From: Alphaproteobacteria bacterium
GTDB taxonomy: Bacteria > Pseudomonadota > Alphaproteobacteria > SP197
DNA length: 64,000 nucleotides
Assembly: GCA_965228895.1 (NCBI GenBank)
Contig: OZ245842.1
Coordinates: forward strand, 224,001-288,000
Direction of reading: 5' to 3'
Under the pieces are notes generated by a model. It was not told the DNA's origin. It did not search any database and saw nothing but the letters and a program-made list of their open reading frames with translations. Positions 30,395 through 39,977 of the stretch are shown in pieces. Numbering within the stretch: the first letter of the stretch is position 1; each line of letters begins with the position of its first letter. A program made the translations under genes and the position numbers.

Positions 30395-31495
30395 TCAGAC
30401 GTTGAAGCGGAACAGGAGGACGTCACCGTCGCGCACCAGGTATTCGCGGCCCTCCTGGCGCATCTTGCCGGCCTGTTTGGCCGCTTGTTCGCCGTTGAGC
30501 GTGACGTAGTCGTCATAGGAGATGGTCTCGGCGCAGATGAAGCCGCGCTCGAAGTCGGTGTGGATCTCGCCGGCGGCTTCCGGCGCCTTGGCGCCGTCGC
30601 GAACGGTCCAGGCGCGCGCTTCCTTCGGGCCCGCCGTAAAGAAGGTGATCAGACCCAGAAGCCGATAGGCCGCGCGGATCACACGGTCGAGGCCGGCCTC
30701 CTCCAATCCCAGCTCGGCCAGGAACATGGCGCGTTCGTCGGCATCCTCGATCTCGGCCAGTTCGGATTCGATCTTGGCCGATACGACGACGCTTTGCGCG
30801 CCTTCGGATGCCGCGCGCTCGGCCACGGCCTGGGTGTGGCGGTTGCCGTCGGCGGCGTCGGCCTCGTCGACATTGCAGACATAAAGCAGGGGTTTCGACG
30901 TCAGCAATTGCAGCATGCGGAAACGTTTTGCCTCATCGTCGGCGATCTCAACGGAGCGGGCCGGTTTGCCGTCGCGCAGCGCGTCGAGCGTGCGTTCGAT
31001 CAGCACCAGGTCGAGCTTGGCTTCCTTCTCGCCGGTCTTCGCGCGTTTCTCGGTGCTTTGCTGGCGCTTCTCCAGGCTCTCCAGATCGGCCAGCATCAGT
31101 TCCGTCTCGATGGTCTCGATGTCGCGGATCGGGTCGACCGAGCCATCGACATGGGAGACCTCGCCTTCCTCGAAACAGCGGACGAGGTGCAGGACCGCAT
31201 CGACCTCGCGGATGTTGGCCAGGAACTGGTTGCCCAGACCTTCGCCCTGGCTGGCGCCACGCACCAGGCCGGCGATATCGACAAACTCGATCTGGTTGGC
31301 GATGACCTTGGTCGGCTGGGCGATGCCGGCAATCGCTTCGAGACGGCTATCGGGCACGGCGACCCGGCCGATGTTGGGGTCGACCGTGCAGAACGGAAAG
31401 TTGCCGGTCTGGGCCGCGCCGGTCGCCGTCAGGGCGTTGAACAGGGTCGATTTGCCGACATTGGGCAGGCCCACGATGCCGCATCTAATTCCCAT
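30395..31495 (-). CDS. ychF: Redox-regulated ATPase YchF
   Basis: GIVGLPNVGKSTLFNALT, DIAGLVRGASQGEGLGNQFL, IHTDFERGFI, FRFNV end. Confidence 0.97.
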   Translation of the reverse strand: MGIRCGIVGLPNVGKSTLFNALTATGAAQTGNFPFCTVDPNIGRVAVPDSRLEAIAGIAQPTKVIANQIEFVDIAGLVRGASQGEGLGNQFLANIREVDAVLHLVRCFEEGEVSHVDGSVDPIRDIETIETELMLADLESLEKRQQSTEKRAKTGEKEAKLDLVLIERTLDALRDGKPARSVEIADDEAKRFRMLQLLTSKPLLYVCNVDEADAADGNRHTQAVAERAASEGAQSVVVSAKIESELAEIEDADERAMFLAELGLEEAGLDRVIRAAYRLLGLITFFTAGPKEARAWTVRDGAKAPEAAGEIHTDFERGFICAETISYDDYVTLNGEQAAKQAGKMRQEGREYLVRDGDVLLFRFNV

Positions 31496-32114
31496 CATTG
31501 TCCTCGTTCGTCGGGTCGGCCTTGCGCGCCGGTTTCACAGGCTTCGGCGGCTGCGACAAGTGGGCGACCTGGGATTGAAACTTCTCGTCCTGGTGCTCCG
31601 CCAACAGCGGCGCCGCATCGGATATGGCGTCGAGCAGACGATCCAACCAGTCCTTATCGGACGCGGAAAACCCACTCAGCACGTGGCCGATGACGCGCTC
31701 TTTGCTGCCGGGGTGGCCGACACCGATGCGCACCCGGCGATAGTCGGGCCCGATATGGGAATGCACGCTGCGGATACCGTTATGGCCGGCGTGACCGCCG
31801 CCCTGTTTGCAACGCACCTTGCCCGGCGCCAGGTCGATTTCGTCATAGAGTACGACGACGTCGTCGGGATCGATCTTGAAGAAGCGCACGGCTTCGCCGA
31901 CGGCGCGCCCGGATTCGTTCATGAAGGTGATGGGCTTCAGCAGCAGTGTCTTCTTGCCGTCCAAACGCCCTTCGGTTACGTCGGCCTGGAACCGGCGGCG
32001 CCAGGGACCGAAACCCCAGTCGTCGGCAATCCGGTCAGCGGCCATGAAGCCGATGTTGTGGCGATCACGCGCGTGGTCCGGCCCCGGGTTGCCGAGGCCT
32101 ACAAGCAGCAACAT
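31485..32114 (-). CDS. pth: Peptidyl-tRNA hydrolase
   Basis: VGLGNPG, RHNIGF, KPITFMNESG, GHNGIRS, RVRIGVGHP. Confidence 0.96.
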   Translation of the reverse strand: MLLLVGLGNPGPDHARDRHNIGFMAADRIADDWGFGPWRRRFQADVTEGRLDGKKTLLLKPITFMNESGRAVGEAVRFFKIDPDDVVVLYDEIDLAPGKVRCKQGGGHAGHNGIRSVHSHIGPDYRRVRIGVGHPGSKERVIGHVLSGFSASDKDWLDRLLDAISDAAPLLAEHQDEKFQSQVAHLSQPPKPVKPARKADPTNEDNDGN

Positions 32115-32127
32115 GGCTCACCTGGAC

Positions 32128-32266
32128 AAGATCGGATCGCACCGTGATTCAACCACACAGTGGTTGAATCACGGTGCGTGAATCCGATCGACATTAGATA
32201 GAAAGAGCAGATTCACCCATGTCGATGGCATCGCACAGCGATTCAATCGACATGGGATCTGCTCTG
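32128..32266 (-). repeat. Double-hairpin element, divergent copy B
   Basis: Same architecture and lengths as copy A (GATC-17 nt arm-5 nt loop-arm-GTGAATC); one arm sequence largely replaced but still perfectly paired; terminal TA degenerate. Confidence 0.85.
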
Positions 32267-32275
32267 ACGGTGGCG

Positions 32276-32977
32276 TCAGGACTCCTCGGCGTCGCCGCCA
32301 GCATCCCCGCTGTCGCCTTCGCCTTCGCCCTCGCCCTCGACTGCACCTTCCTCACCTTCCGGAATCTCGCCTTCTTCGCCTTCCTCGCCGGCTTCCTCTT
32401 CCTCGGTGATCACCGTCGGCGCGGCGATCGTGGCGATGGTGAAGTCGCGGTCATCGATGGTCGGTATGACGTTATCGGCAAGCTTGACCATGCTGATGTG
32501 GACGCTGTCGCCGATATCGAGGCCGGTCAGATCGATCTCGATCGATTCGGGAATGGCGTTGGCCGGACAGTTGACCTCAACCTCGTGGCGCACGACGTTC
32601 AGCACGCCGCCGCGAACCAGGCCGGGGCTCTCTTCTTCATTCAAGAACACCACGGGCAAGTTCACTGTTACCGTGGCGTCGGCTTTCACCGCCAGGAAAT
32701 CGACATGCAGGATGGCGTCCGTCACCGGATGCACCTGCAGTTCGCGGGGCAACACGTTGATCGTCTTGCCATCGACGGCCAGCTCATAGAGAGAGTTGTA
32801 GAAACCGGGCCTACCGACTTCACGGTTCATCAGGTCGCGGTCAAGCTGGATCATGACGTTGTCCTGACCGCTGCCATAGACGACGCCGGGGATCTTGCCG
32901 GCACGGCGCGCGGCGCGCGATGCCCCTTTGCCCGGGGTGGTGCGCAGCTCGGCTTCTAGTGTGGCTTGTTCAGCCAT
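32276..32977 (-). CDS. rplY: 50S ribosomal protein L25 / general stress protein Ctc
   Basis: GKGASRAARRAGKIPGVVYG, QVHPVTDAILHVDF, acidic tail. Confidence 0.96.
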   Translation of the reverse strand: MAEQATLEAELRTTPGKGASRAARRAGKIPGVVYGSGQDNVMIQLDRDLMNREVGRPGFYNSLYELAVDGKTINVLPRELQVHPVTDAILHVDFLAVKADATVTVNLPVVFLNEEESPGLVRGGVLNVVRHEVEVNCPANAIPESIEIDLTGLDIGDSVHISMVKLADNVIPTIDDRDFTIATIAAPTVITEEEEAGEEGEEGEIPEGEEGAVEGEGEGEGDSGDAGGDAEES

Positions 32978-33008
32978 GGATCATCTCCTCCAAAAACCTT
33001 GGTCGCCG

Positions 33009-33941
33009 TCAGTCGAAAAGGCTCGATACCGAGCTTTCGTCACTGATGCGGCGAATGGCCTCGGCCATCAACGTGGCAACGGAGACCACACGTATCTTAT
33101 CGGCGACCCGGACCGCCTCGGTCGGCAGGATCGAGTCGGTAATGGTCAGGCTGTCCAGTACCGAGGCTTCGATCCGACCGACGGCACCGCCCGACAGCAC
33201 ACCGTGAACGATATGGGCACTGACGCTGGTCGCGCCCGCATCCTTCAGGGCCTGGGCGGCGTTACACAAGGTGCCGCCGGAATCGACGATATCGTCGACC
33301 AAAATACAGCGCCGACCCTCGACATCGCCAATAATGTGCATGACTTCCGAGACGCCGGCGCGTTCGCGGCGCTTATCGACGATTGCCAGGTCCCCGTCAA
33401 GCCGCTTGGCGATCTCGCGGGCCCGGAAAACACCGCCCACATCCGGCGACACGATCATCAGATCACCGCCGTTGAAGTGTTCCATGATGTCCTTCTCGAA
33501 ATCCGGCGCGGCATAGAGATTATCCAGCGGAATATCGAAAAAACCCTGAATCTGGCCCGCATGCAGGTCCATGGTCAGGACCCGGTTGGCACCGGACATG
33601 GTGATCAGGTTGGCCACCAATTTGGCGGAAATCGGCGTTCTCGACCCGACCTTGCGGTCCTGGCGGGCATAGCCGAAATAGGGAATGACGGCGGTGATCC
33701 GGCGTGCCGAGGCGCGGCGTAGCGCATCGATGCAGATCAACAGCTCCATCAGGTGGTCGTTAGCCGGATAGGATGTAGACTGAACGACAAATACATCCTG
33801 GCCGCGAACATTCTCCTGGATCTCGACAAAGATCTCCATGTCGCTGAAGCGGCGGACGCTGGCGTTGGTCAGTTCGACACCCAACGAAGCGGCCATCGCT
33901 TCGGCCAGTGGCCGATTGCTGTTGCAAGCGACAAGTTTCAT
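33009..33941 (-). CDS. prs: Ribose-phosphate pyrophosphokinase
   Basis: [40 protein letters not shown]. Confidence 0.97.
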   Translation of the reverse strand: MKLVACNSNRPLAEAMAASLGVELTNASVRRFSDMEIFVEIQENVRGQDVFVVQSTSYPANDHLMELLICIDALRRASARRITAVIPYFGYARQDRKVGSRTPISAKLVANLITMSGANRVLTMDLHAGQIQGFFDIPLDNLYAAPDFEKDIMEHFNGGDLMIVSPDVGGVFRAREIAKRLDGDLAIVDKRRERAGVSEVMHIIGDVEGRRCILVDDIVDSGGTLCNAAQALKDAGATSVSAHIVHGVLSGGAVGRIEASVLDSLTITDSILPTEAVRVADKIRVVSVATLMAEAIRRISDESSVSSLFD

Positions 33942-34034
33942 TTGTGCGGAATTCGTTGGTCAGCCCGGGGCGCGCGACTCTTAGCAAAGGGGCCCCAGCC
34001 TGTAAACGCCGTAACGCGGGTTCATGGGGATGGC

Positions 34035-35231
34035 TTATCCCGTCTGCTGCGCTTGTTTGCGCCGCAGATAGCTCGCCACGGTGACCGGCAGGAAGATCAG
34101 CGTCATAACGACCAGGACGTAGGGGAAAGCTTCCAGGCCGCCGAGCGCCATGGCGGTGCCGGTTGCCGGCGGCCCAACAAAGGCGCCGACGTTCCACATC
34201 ACCGTGAACATGGTCGAGGCGCCAGCCAGGGAGGCGCCGCGGAACTGCTCGCCGATCAAGGTCAGGGCCAGGCTGTAGATCGCGCCGGACAAACCGCCCA
34301 GGAAGAAGATATAGGGGCCGGCCCAGAATGGGTCAGCCAGGGCGCTTGGCATGAAGAGATAGGAAACACACGAAACCCCGACCAGGATGATGCTGAGGAA
34401 GCGCCGGTCGATCCGGTCGGCAACCCAGCCGATAGGATACTGCATGATGATGCCGCCCAAGCTCTGCAGGGTCAGGAACATGATGGCGGTATCGGCGTCC
34501 AGTCCGACGACCGGCCCGTAGATAGGCAAGAACGTCCAGACGGCACCGAAGATCAACGCGAAGCATAGATTCAGCAGCATCGGCAGCGGGGCGTGAAACA
34601 ACGACCGGACGACCGAGTGCCAGGCATGGGCATGCGCGCCCCCGTGCTCCTGTTCGCTCGGCGGCACGCTGTCGAGCGCCATGGCGATCGGAATTGTCGA
34701 CACCAGGGTCAGCCCGGCGGCCAGTACGAAAGGCATCCAGCCGTCAATGCCGACGACGGTCAGCACGGTCGGGCCGATCGCCGAACCCAGGCCCAACGCC
34801 ATGCCGTAAAGCGCCATGGTCCGCCCGCGGCTTTTTTCCTCGGCGATCTGGTTGATCCAGGTCTCGCCGGCGATCCACATGATGTGGCCGAACGCGCCTA
34901 TGAAAAGCCGCAGCACGAACCAGATGTCCTCATCGGGCAGCAGCGGGCACAGCAACAGGGCGACGATGCTGGCCAGGATCGAAACGATCATCACCCAGGC
35001 GGCGCTGAAACGGGCGAGCAGCCAGGGCATCAGCGGTGCGACGGCGACAATCGCGATGGCCTGGGCGGCGGCGTTCCAGCCGATCGCCGATTCGCTGGCG
35101 CCCATCTGTTCAAGGCGCAGGGCGAACAATGGCCATGCCAGGCCGTAGATCAGGGCCGTCACGGTCATGCAGGCGATGACCGCAACCATGCCGCGCCGCC
35201 GCTGAGGCGATGTCAGGACCGCGTCGCTCAA
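34035..35231 (-). CDS. MFS transporter (YcaD/YfkF-like)
   Basis: 12-TM pattern, ETWINQ, QYPIGWVADRIDRR; TTG start inferred at 35231 (overlaps upstream TGA, and LSDAVLT aligns with paralog MSDIVLS). Confidence 0.85.
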   Translation of the reverse strand: MSDAVLTSPQRRRGMVAVIACMTVTALIYGLAWPLFALRLEQMGASESAIGWNAAAQAIAIVAVAPLMPWLLARFSAAWVMIVSILASIVALLLCPLLPDEDIWFVLRLFIGAFGHIMWIAGETWINQIAEEKSRGRTMALYGMALGLGSAIGPTVLTVVGIDGWMPFVLAAGLTLVSTIPIAMALDSVPPSEQEHGGAHAHAWHSVVRSLFHAPLPMLLNLCFALIFGAVWTFLPIYGPVVGLDADTAIMFLTLQSLGGIIMQYPIGWVADRIDRRFLSIILVGVSCVSYLFMPSALADPFWAGPYIFFLGGLSGAIYSLALTLIGEQFRGASLAGASTMFTVMWNVGAFVGPPATGTAMALGGLEAFPYVLVVMTLIFLPVTVASYLRRKQAQQTG

Positions 35232-36388
35232 GGTTCGGGGTGCCGTCGCCCGCGAAGGGCCGTGAAGGCAATGACGACGACATAGGTCGCGACCAGGGTC
35301 CAGGGCAGCGCCGACGATCCCGCGACGTCCATGGCCGCGCCCACGGCAAACGGGCCGGTCACCATGCCGACATTCCACATGACCTGGAATAGCGTGGTCG
35401 CCGAACCCAGATCGATGCCGCGAAAGCGTTCGCCCAGCAGAATCAGGCCCATCGTGTAGAGCCCCATCATGGCGCCGCCCAATACGAACACGTAGGGCCA
35501 GCGCAAAATCGGATCGTGCAAGGCCGTGGGCATCAACATGAACATGACAGCCATGACGACCATGACCAGGATGGCCAACAGGCGCCGGTTCATTTTGTCG
35601 GCCAGCCAGCCGATGGGGTACTGCAGCAATCCGCCCGCACTGAGACAAACCAGCAGCAGGAAGATGTCCTGCAAGGGCAGGCCGACATCAGGGCCATAGA
35701 TCGGCATGAAGCTCGCCAGAGAACCGAAGGTCAGGGCAACCAGAAGGTTGACCACCATCGGCGTCGGCGCCCTTAGAGCCAGGCGCAGCATGGTCTGCGA
35801 CGCCCGCCCGTGGAACGGCGGCGCTACCTTGACCGCGGCGCCAACGGCCAAGGCGCCGGCAACGATCATCACCTCCATGATGATGAAGGGTATCCAGCCC
35901 TCGTGACCGGCCAGATAGAGCACGGCGAAACCCAGCATCGTGCCGGCGGCGCCTGAAATACCATAGAGCGCGAGGATTCTGCCCCGGCTTTCGTCGTTCG
36001 CCACTTCGTTGATCCACGCCTCGCCGGCAATCCACAACAAACCGGTCGCCGCGCCGATCAAAAGCCGCATGACGAGCCAGAACCACGCGTTTTCGTAGAG
36101 TGGGCAGAGCAGCGCGAAGATGAAGGTCAGCGCCAGCATCCATAGCATCAGGACCGCCGGTCCAAAGCGGCGCAGCAGGGCCGGGCCGAACGGCGCGACG
36201 GCGATCAGTGAAATCGCCTGAGCGGCGGTGTTGATGCCGATGACCGTCTCGGAATGGCCCATCTGGTCGAGCCGGGTGGCGAACAGCGGCAGCGACAGGC
36301 TGTAGATGGCCGAGGTCACGCCCATCGCGACGATGGCGGCAAACAGGCTGCGAAAACGCGCCGGGGCTGACAGCACGATATCCGACAT
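35228..36388 (-). CDS. MFS transporter (YcaD/YfkF-like), paralog of the downstream gene
   Basis: 12-TM pattern, EAWINE, QYPIGWLADKMNRR. Confidence 0.88.
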   Translation of the reverse strand: MSDIVLSAPARFRSLFAAIVAMGVTSAIYSLSLPLFATRLDQMGHSETVIGINTAAQAISLIAVAPFGPALLRRFGPAVLMLWMLALTFIFALLCPLYENAWFWLVMRLLIGAATGLLWIAGEAWINEVANDESRGRILALYGISGAAGTMLGFAVLYLAGHEGWIPFIIMEVMIVAGALAVGAAVKVAPPFHGRASQTMLRLALRAPTPMVVNLLVALTFGSLASFMPIYGPDVGLPLQDIFLLLVCLSAGGLLQYPIGWLADKMNRRLLAILVMVVMAVMFMLMPTALHDPILRWPYVFVLGGAMMGLYTMGLILLGERFRGIDLGSATTLFQVMWNVGMVTGPFAVGAAMDVAGSSALPWTLVATYVVVIAFTALRGRRHPEP

Positions 36389-36497
36389 CGACGACCCGTC
36401 AGGGAGAGGCTGGAAGGGCTCTTCTAGCAGGCGTGCGGCGCGAACGATACGTCTGACCGCAGGGTGACCGCATGACCCCGGCTGATCTGAACATCCT

Positions 36498-36566
36498 TCA
36501 CATCAGGATACAGCTTGCCATCAGGCCCAGGACCAACAGCATGACAAAGATGATCATGTGGGGCAT
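36498..36566 (-). CDS. Candidate 22-aa hydrophobic micro-protein
   Basis: Read manually: MPHMIIFVMLLVLGLMASCILM*; ATG 1 nt after the upstream stop; GC-ending codons. Confidence 0.4.
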   Translation of the reverse strand: MPHMIIFVMLLVLGLMASCILM

Positions 36567-36567
36567 G

Positions 36568-37734
36568 TCAGTTGATGCAGAGGTCCAGGGGCGCTTTGTT
36601 GAGCGGATCGCATCCGGTCTCCGTGACGACAACGGATTCGCCAAGCGCCATCGCCCGGCCGCTGTCGCTGTCCATCAGGATCATGTGCAGGAAAAAGGTC
36701 ATGTGGGGTTCGATGACGACGCTGTTGCCGTGAAAGAACATCGGCCAATCCATCCAGTTGGGCGGAAACGTCGAGCCCATGGAGTAGCCACAGGCATTCA
36801 GCCGGTGTGCCTTGTATCCATGGTCGTCCATGACCCGCGCATGGGCGTCGAAGACATCGCCCATCGGTGCGCCCGGTTTCAAGGTTGCCTCGCAGGCCGC
36901 CAATGCCTCGCGGCAGGCCTCGTGCATGGCGACATGCGCTGGATCAGGTGTGCCGATCAGGATCGTGCACATTTGGGCCGTATGGTAGTGGCGGTAGGCG
37001 GCCGCAAACTCCAGCATAAGCTGGTCGTTGTCGGAGAGGGTGCGCCGTCCGGTGTAGTAACGGCACAGCAGCGCGTTCTCGCCGGAGCCGACGATGGAGT
37101 GGCCCGCTGGATAATCGCCGCCGCCCGAAAAGATAGCACCCTGCATGGCGGCAAGAATGTCGCCTTCTGAGACACCGGCTGCTGCAATCTCGCGTGCCGC
37201 CGCGTGCGCGAGATCGCCAAGCTCGGCCGACTTCTGCATGAACGCAATCTCTGCGGGGCTTTTCACCACACGCAGGCGATTGACCAGATCGGATGCGTCT
37301 TCCAGTCGGCAAAAGCCGTCCAGGGTGGTGCGAAGACGCTCCCAACTGCGGCCCGTCAGACCATAGGACTCCAACTCGATGCCCAGGCGTTTGCCCTGAA
37401 GGCCCATGTTGTCCAGCAGATCCTTCAGTTCGGCGGCCGGATCGGCCCCTTCGCGGTCGACCCAGATACGCACGTCGTCGATGGTCGAAGTATGGCGCGC
37501 CTGGCGCAGATCCGGTGCGCGGGTCAACAGAACAAACTGGCCGTCGGCGGTCAGCACCAGACACTGGAAATAGACGAAGCCCTGCGTGTCGTAGCCGGTC
37601 AGGTAGTACATGCTTTCTTGCCGGAACATCAGCAGGCCGTCGAGGCCTTCGCTCGCCATCCGTTCCAGCGTGCGCTTTTGGCGCGCCTCGTACTCACCAT
37701 GGTCGAAATGCAGGACCATCAGGCCATCCCCCAA
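36568..37734 (-). CDS. M24 family creatinase/ectoine hydrolase-like amidohydrolase
   Basis: QESMYYLTGYD, RVVKSPAEI, GGDYPA, GYSMG, PPNW, FFLHM; canonical prolidase metal ligands replaced. Confidence 0.85.
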   Translation of the reverse strand: MGDGLMVLHFDHGEYEARQKRTLERMASEGLDGLLMFRQESMYYLTGYDTQGFVYFQCLVLTADGQFVLLTRAPDLRQARHTSTIDDVRIWVDREGADPAAELKDLLDNMGLQGKRLGIELESYGLTGRSWERLRTTLDGFCRLEDASDLVNRLRVVKSPAEIAFMQKSAELGDLAHAAAREIAAAGVSEGDILAAMQGAIFSGGGDYPAGHSIVGSGENALLCRYYTGRRTLSDNDQLMLEFAAAYRHYHTAQMCTILIGTPDPAHVAMHEACREALAACEATLKPGAPMGDVFDAHARVMDDHGYKAHRLNACGYSMGSTFPPNWMDWPMFFHGNSVVIEPHMTFFLHMILMDSDSGRAMALGESVVVTETGCDPLNKAPLDLCIN

Positions 37735-37761
37735 TTTTTGAAGGCCGGTCCCTCGAGCGTA

Positions 37762-38703
37762 CTAGAAAACGTCGAACTGTCCGGCCAGGTAAAGACAGTA
37801 CGCTCCGACGAAGCATAGGCCGGTGGTGCGGCCAATGCGATTGACATAAAGCAGCAGGACAGCCAGCGCGACGGTCATCGCCAGCATGATAATGAGATCA
37901 AGACCGATCATGGTCTCGGCAATGCCGACATTGGTGATCAGCGCGACCACGCCCATGGCGCCCAGCAGATTGAAGATGTTGCTGCCCAGGACATTGCCGA
38001 TGGCGACCAGAGGCTCGCGCCGGCGCGCCGCCGCGGCACAGATCGCGAGCTCCGGCAGTGAGGATCCGATCGCGACAACGGTCAAGCCGATGACTGCCTC
38101 GGGCACACCCAGCTCATGGGCGATGCCGACCGCGCCGACAACCAGGCGGTCGGCGCCGATGATCAGCAGGATCAGGCCGACGATGGCGAAGATGATGGCA
38201 TGGCTTAACGCCATCGTTCCCGGGTCAATTTCCGTCTCGGCGGTCAGGTCGGCGGTATCGGTGCGCCGGGCACGCCGATAGCCGTGGCAGACATAAATGC
38301 CAAGGCACGTGACCATCACCAGCCCGTGCCAAAAGGTGAACTCACCAATCAGGCCAGCGGCGACAAAGGCGGCCGTGACCAACAACACAAGCCACATGTC
38401 ATGGTTGACCTGCGTGCGCTGGACGACAACCGGATAGATGGCGGCGCTAACGCCGACGATCAAAAGAATGTTGGCGATGTTGCTGCCGACCGCGTTGCCA
38501 AGGGCAAGCTGGGGGTGCCCCAGAATGGCCGACTCAACGCTGACCAGGACTTCCGGCGCCGATGTTCCGAACCCGACCAGGACAACGGCCACGATCAGCT
38601 TTGAAACACCAAGTTTCAAAGCCAGGGCGACGCTGCCGCGCACCAGGAGTTCGCCGCCCAAAAACAACAAAATCAGGCCGACGAAGACGAACAAGTATGA
38701 CAT
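37762..38703 (-). CDS. Calcium/sodium antiporter (YrbG/CaCA family)
   Basis: alpha-repeats GTSAPE / GSSLPE and GNAVGSNIAN / GNVLGSNIFN. Confidence 0.92.
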   Translation of the reverse strand: MSYLFVFVGLILLFLGGELLVRGSVALALKLGVSKLIVAVVLVGFGTSAPEVLVSVESAILGHPQLALGNAVGSNIANILLIVGVSAAIYPVVVQRTQVNHDMWLVLLVTAAFVAAGLIGEFTFWHGLVMVTCLGIYVCHGYRRARRTDTADLTAETEIDPGTMALSHAIIFAIVGLILLIIGADRLVVGAVGIAHELGVPEAVIGLTVVAIGSSLPELAICAAAARRREPLVAIGNVLGSNIFNLLGAMGVVALITNVGIAETMIGLDLIIMLAMTVALAVLLLYVNRIGRTTGLCFVGAYCLYLAGQFDVF

Positions 38704-38763
38704 AGAGTTCCAATCGGAAGCCGGGTTACCTATAGCTAGAACGGCAAGGGGCGATTTGAAGAG

Positions 38764-39972
38764 ATGGCGATACCTACGTTGCGTGAATTTCTGAAGCTAG
38801 AAAGTGCCGCAGGCATGGTTCTGATGGCTGCGGCGGTACTCGCTATTGTGGTCGAAAACGTTGGTCTTTCGCACATTTATGACTTGCTCTTGACGACGCC
38901 GGTCGTTGTGTCGGTCGGTACGCTGGATATCGCCAAACCGCTGCTGCTGTGGGTCAACGACGGCCTTATGGCCGTCTTCTTTTTCCTGGTCGGCCTGGAG
39001 TTGAAACGCGAGGTCATGGAGGGCGATTTGTCCTCGCGCGACCAGATCATTCTGCCGGGGGTCGCGGCGATCGGCGGCATGGCAGCGCCGGCCCTGGTCT
39101 ATACCATCTTTAACATCGACGATCCTGAAGCGATGCGCGGTTGGGCCATCCCTGCGGCAACCGACATTGCGTTCGCCCTTGGTATCCTGGCGCTTCTGGG
39201 CAGTCGCGCGCCGGTGACGCTCAAAATCTTCCTTACCGCCTTGGCGATTCTGGACGATCTTGGTGCCATCATCATCATCGCGATGTTCTATACAGCCGAT
39301 CTCTCCGTGCTGTCGCTGGCCATTTCGGCGCTCGGCTTGATGGGCCTGGTCGTCTTGAACCTGTTGGGCGTGACCCGCCTGGCGCCCTACATGCTGATCG
39401 GCCTCTTCGTTTGGGTTTGTGTGCTTAAATCGGGTGTGCACGCGACGCTGGCCGGTGTCGCGCTGGCCATGGCAATCCCGCTCAAGGCTCAGGACGAGCA
39501 GGGCCGCTCGCCACTGCGCCGGCTGGAACACGGCCTGCATCCCTGGGTCGCCTTCGGCATCCTGCCAATATTCGGTTTTGCCAATGCCGGGCTTTATCTC
39601 GGCGACGTCAGTGTCGAGGCGATGTTGGCGCCGATCCCGCTCGGCGTGGCACTCGGCTTGTTTGTCGGCAAACAGATCGGCGTTTTCGGCGGTGCCTGGC
39701 TCACGATCAAGCTGGGCATCGCGCGGCTGCCCGACGGATGCACCTGGCCCATGATGTACGGCGTCTGCCTGCTGACCGGCGTAGGCTTCACCATGAGTCT
39801 CTTTATCGGCGGTTTGGCGTTCAGCGACGTCGCCCATGTCAACATGGTGAAGCTCGGGGTGCTGCTGGGATCGCTCCTGTCCGGTACAGTTGGGTTCGCG
39901 GTTTTGTACGTTGCGGTTAGACGCCGGCGGCCAGGCGTCTCGCACGCCGGCACCGAGCAAACGATGACCTAG
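38764..39972 (+). CDS. nhaA: Na+/H+ antiporter NhaA
   Basis: WVNDGLMA, GWAIPAATDIAFALG, LAILDDLG, SGVHATLAG, GKQIG, GVGFTMSLFI. Confidence 0.96.
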   Translation: MAIPTLREFLKLESAAGMVLMAAAVLAIVVENVGLSHIYDLLLTTPVVVSVGTLDIAKPLLLWVNDGLMAVFFFLVGLELKREVMEGDLSSRDQIILPGVAAIGGMAAPALVYTIFNIDDPEAMRGWAIPAATDIAFALGILALLGSRAPVTLKIFLTALAILDDLGAIIIIAMFYTADLSVLSLAISALGLMGLVVLNLLGVTRLAPYMLIGLFVWVCVLKSGVHATLAGVALAMAIPLKAQDEQGRSPLRRLEHGLHPWVAFGILPIFGFANAGLYLGDVSVEAMLAPIPLGVALGLFVGKQIGVFGGAWLTIKLGIARLPDGCTWPMMYGVCLLTGVGFTMSLFIGGLAFSDVAHVNMVKLGVLLGSLLSGTVGFAVLYVAVRRRRPGVSHAGTEQTMT

Positions 39973-39977
39973 TCGTG

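Noticed and set aside
29774-31693. 639-aa plus-strand ORF
   Set aside because: Antisense shadow of the dienelactone hydrolase, ychF and pth genes; no recognisable motifs; common in high-GC DNA.
32276-32410. Low-complexity Glu/Gly repeat
   Set aside because: Ordinary acidic tail of L25/Ctc proteins.
35232-35648. N-terminal extension of the second MFS (possible frameshift fusion)
   Set aside because: Off-frame read of the first MFS; both genes are complete 12-TM units with aligned N-termini.
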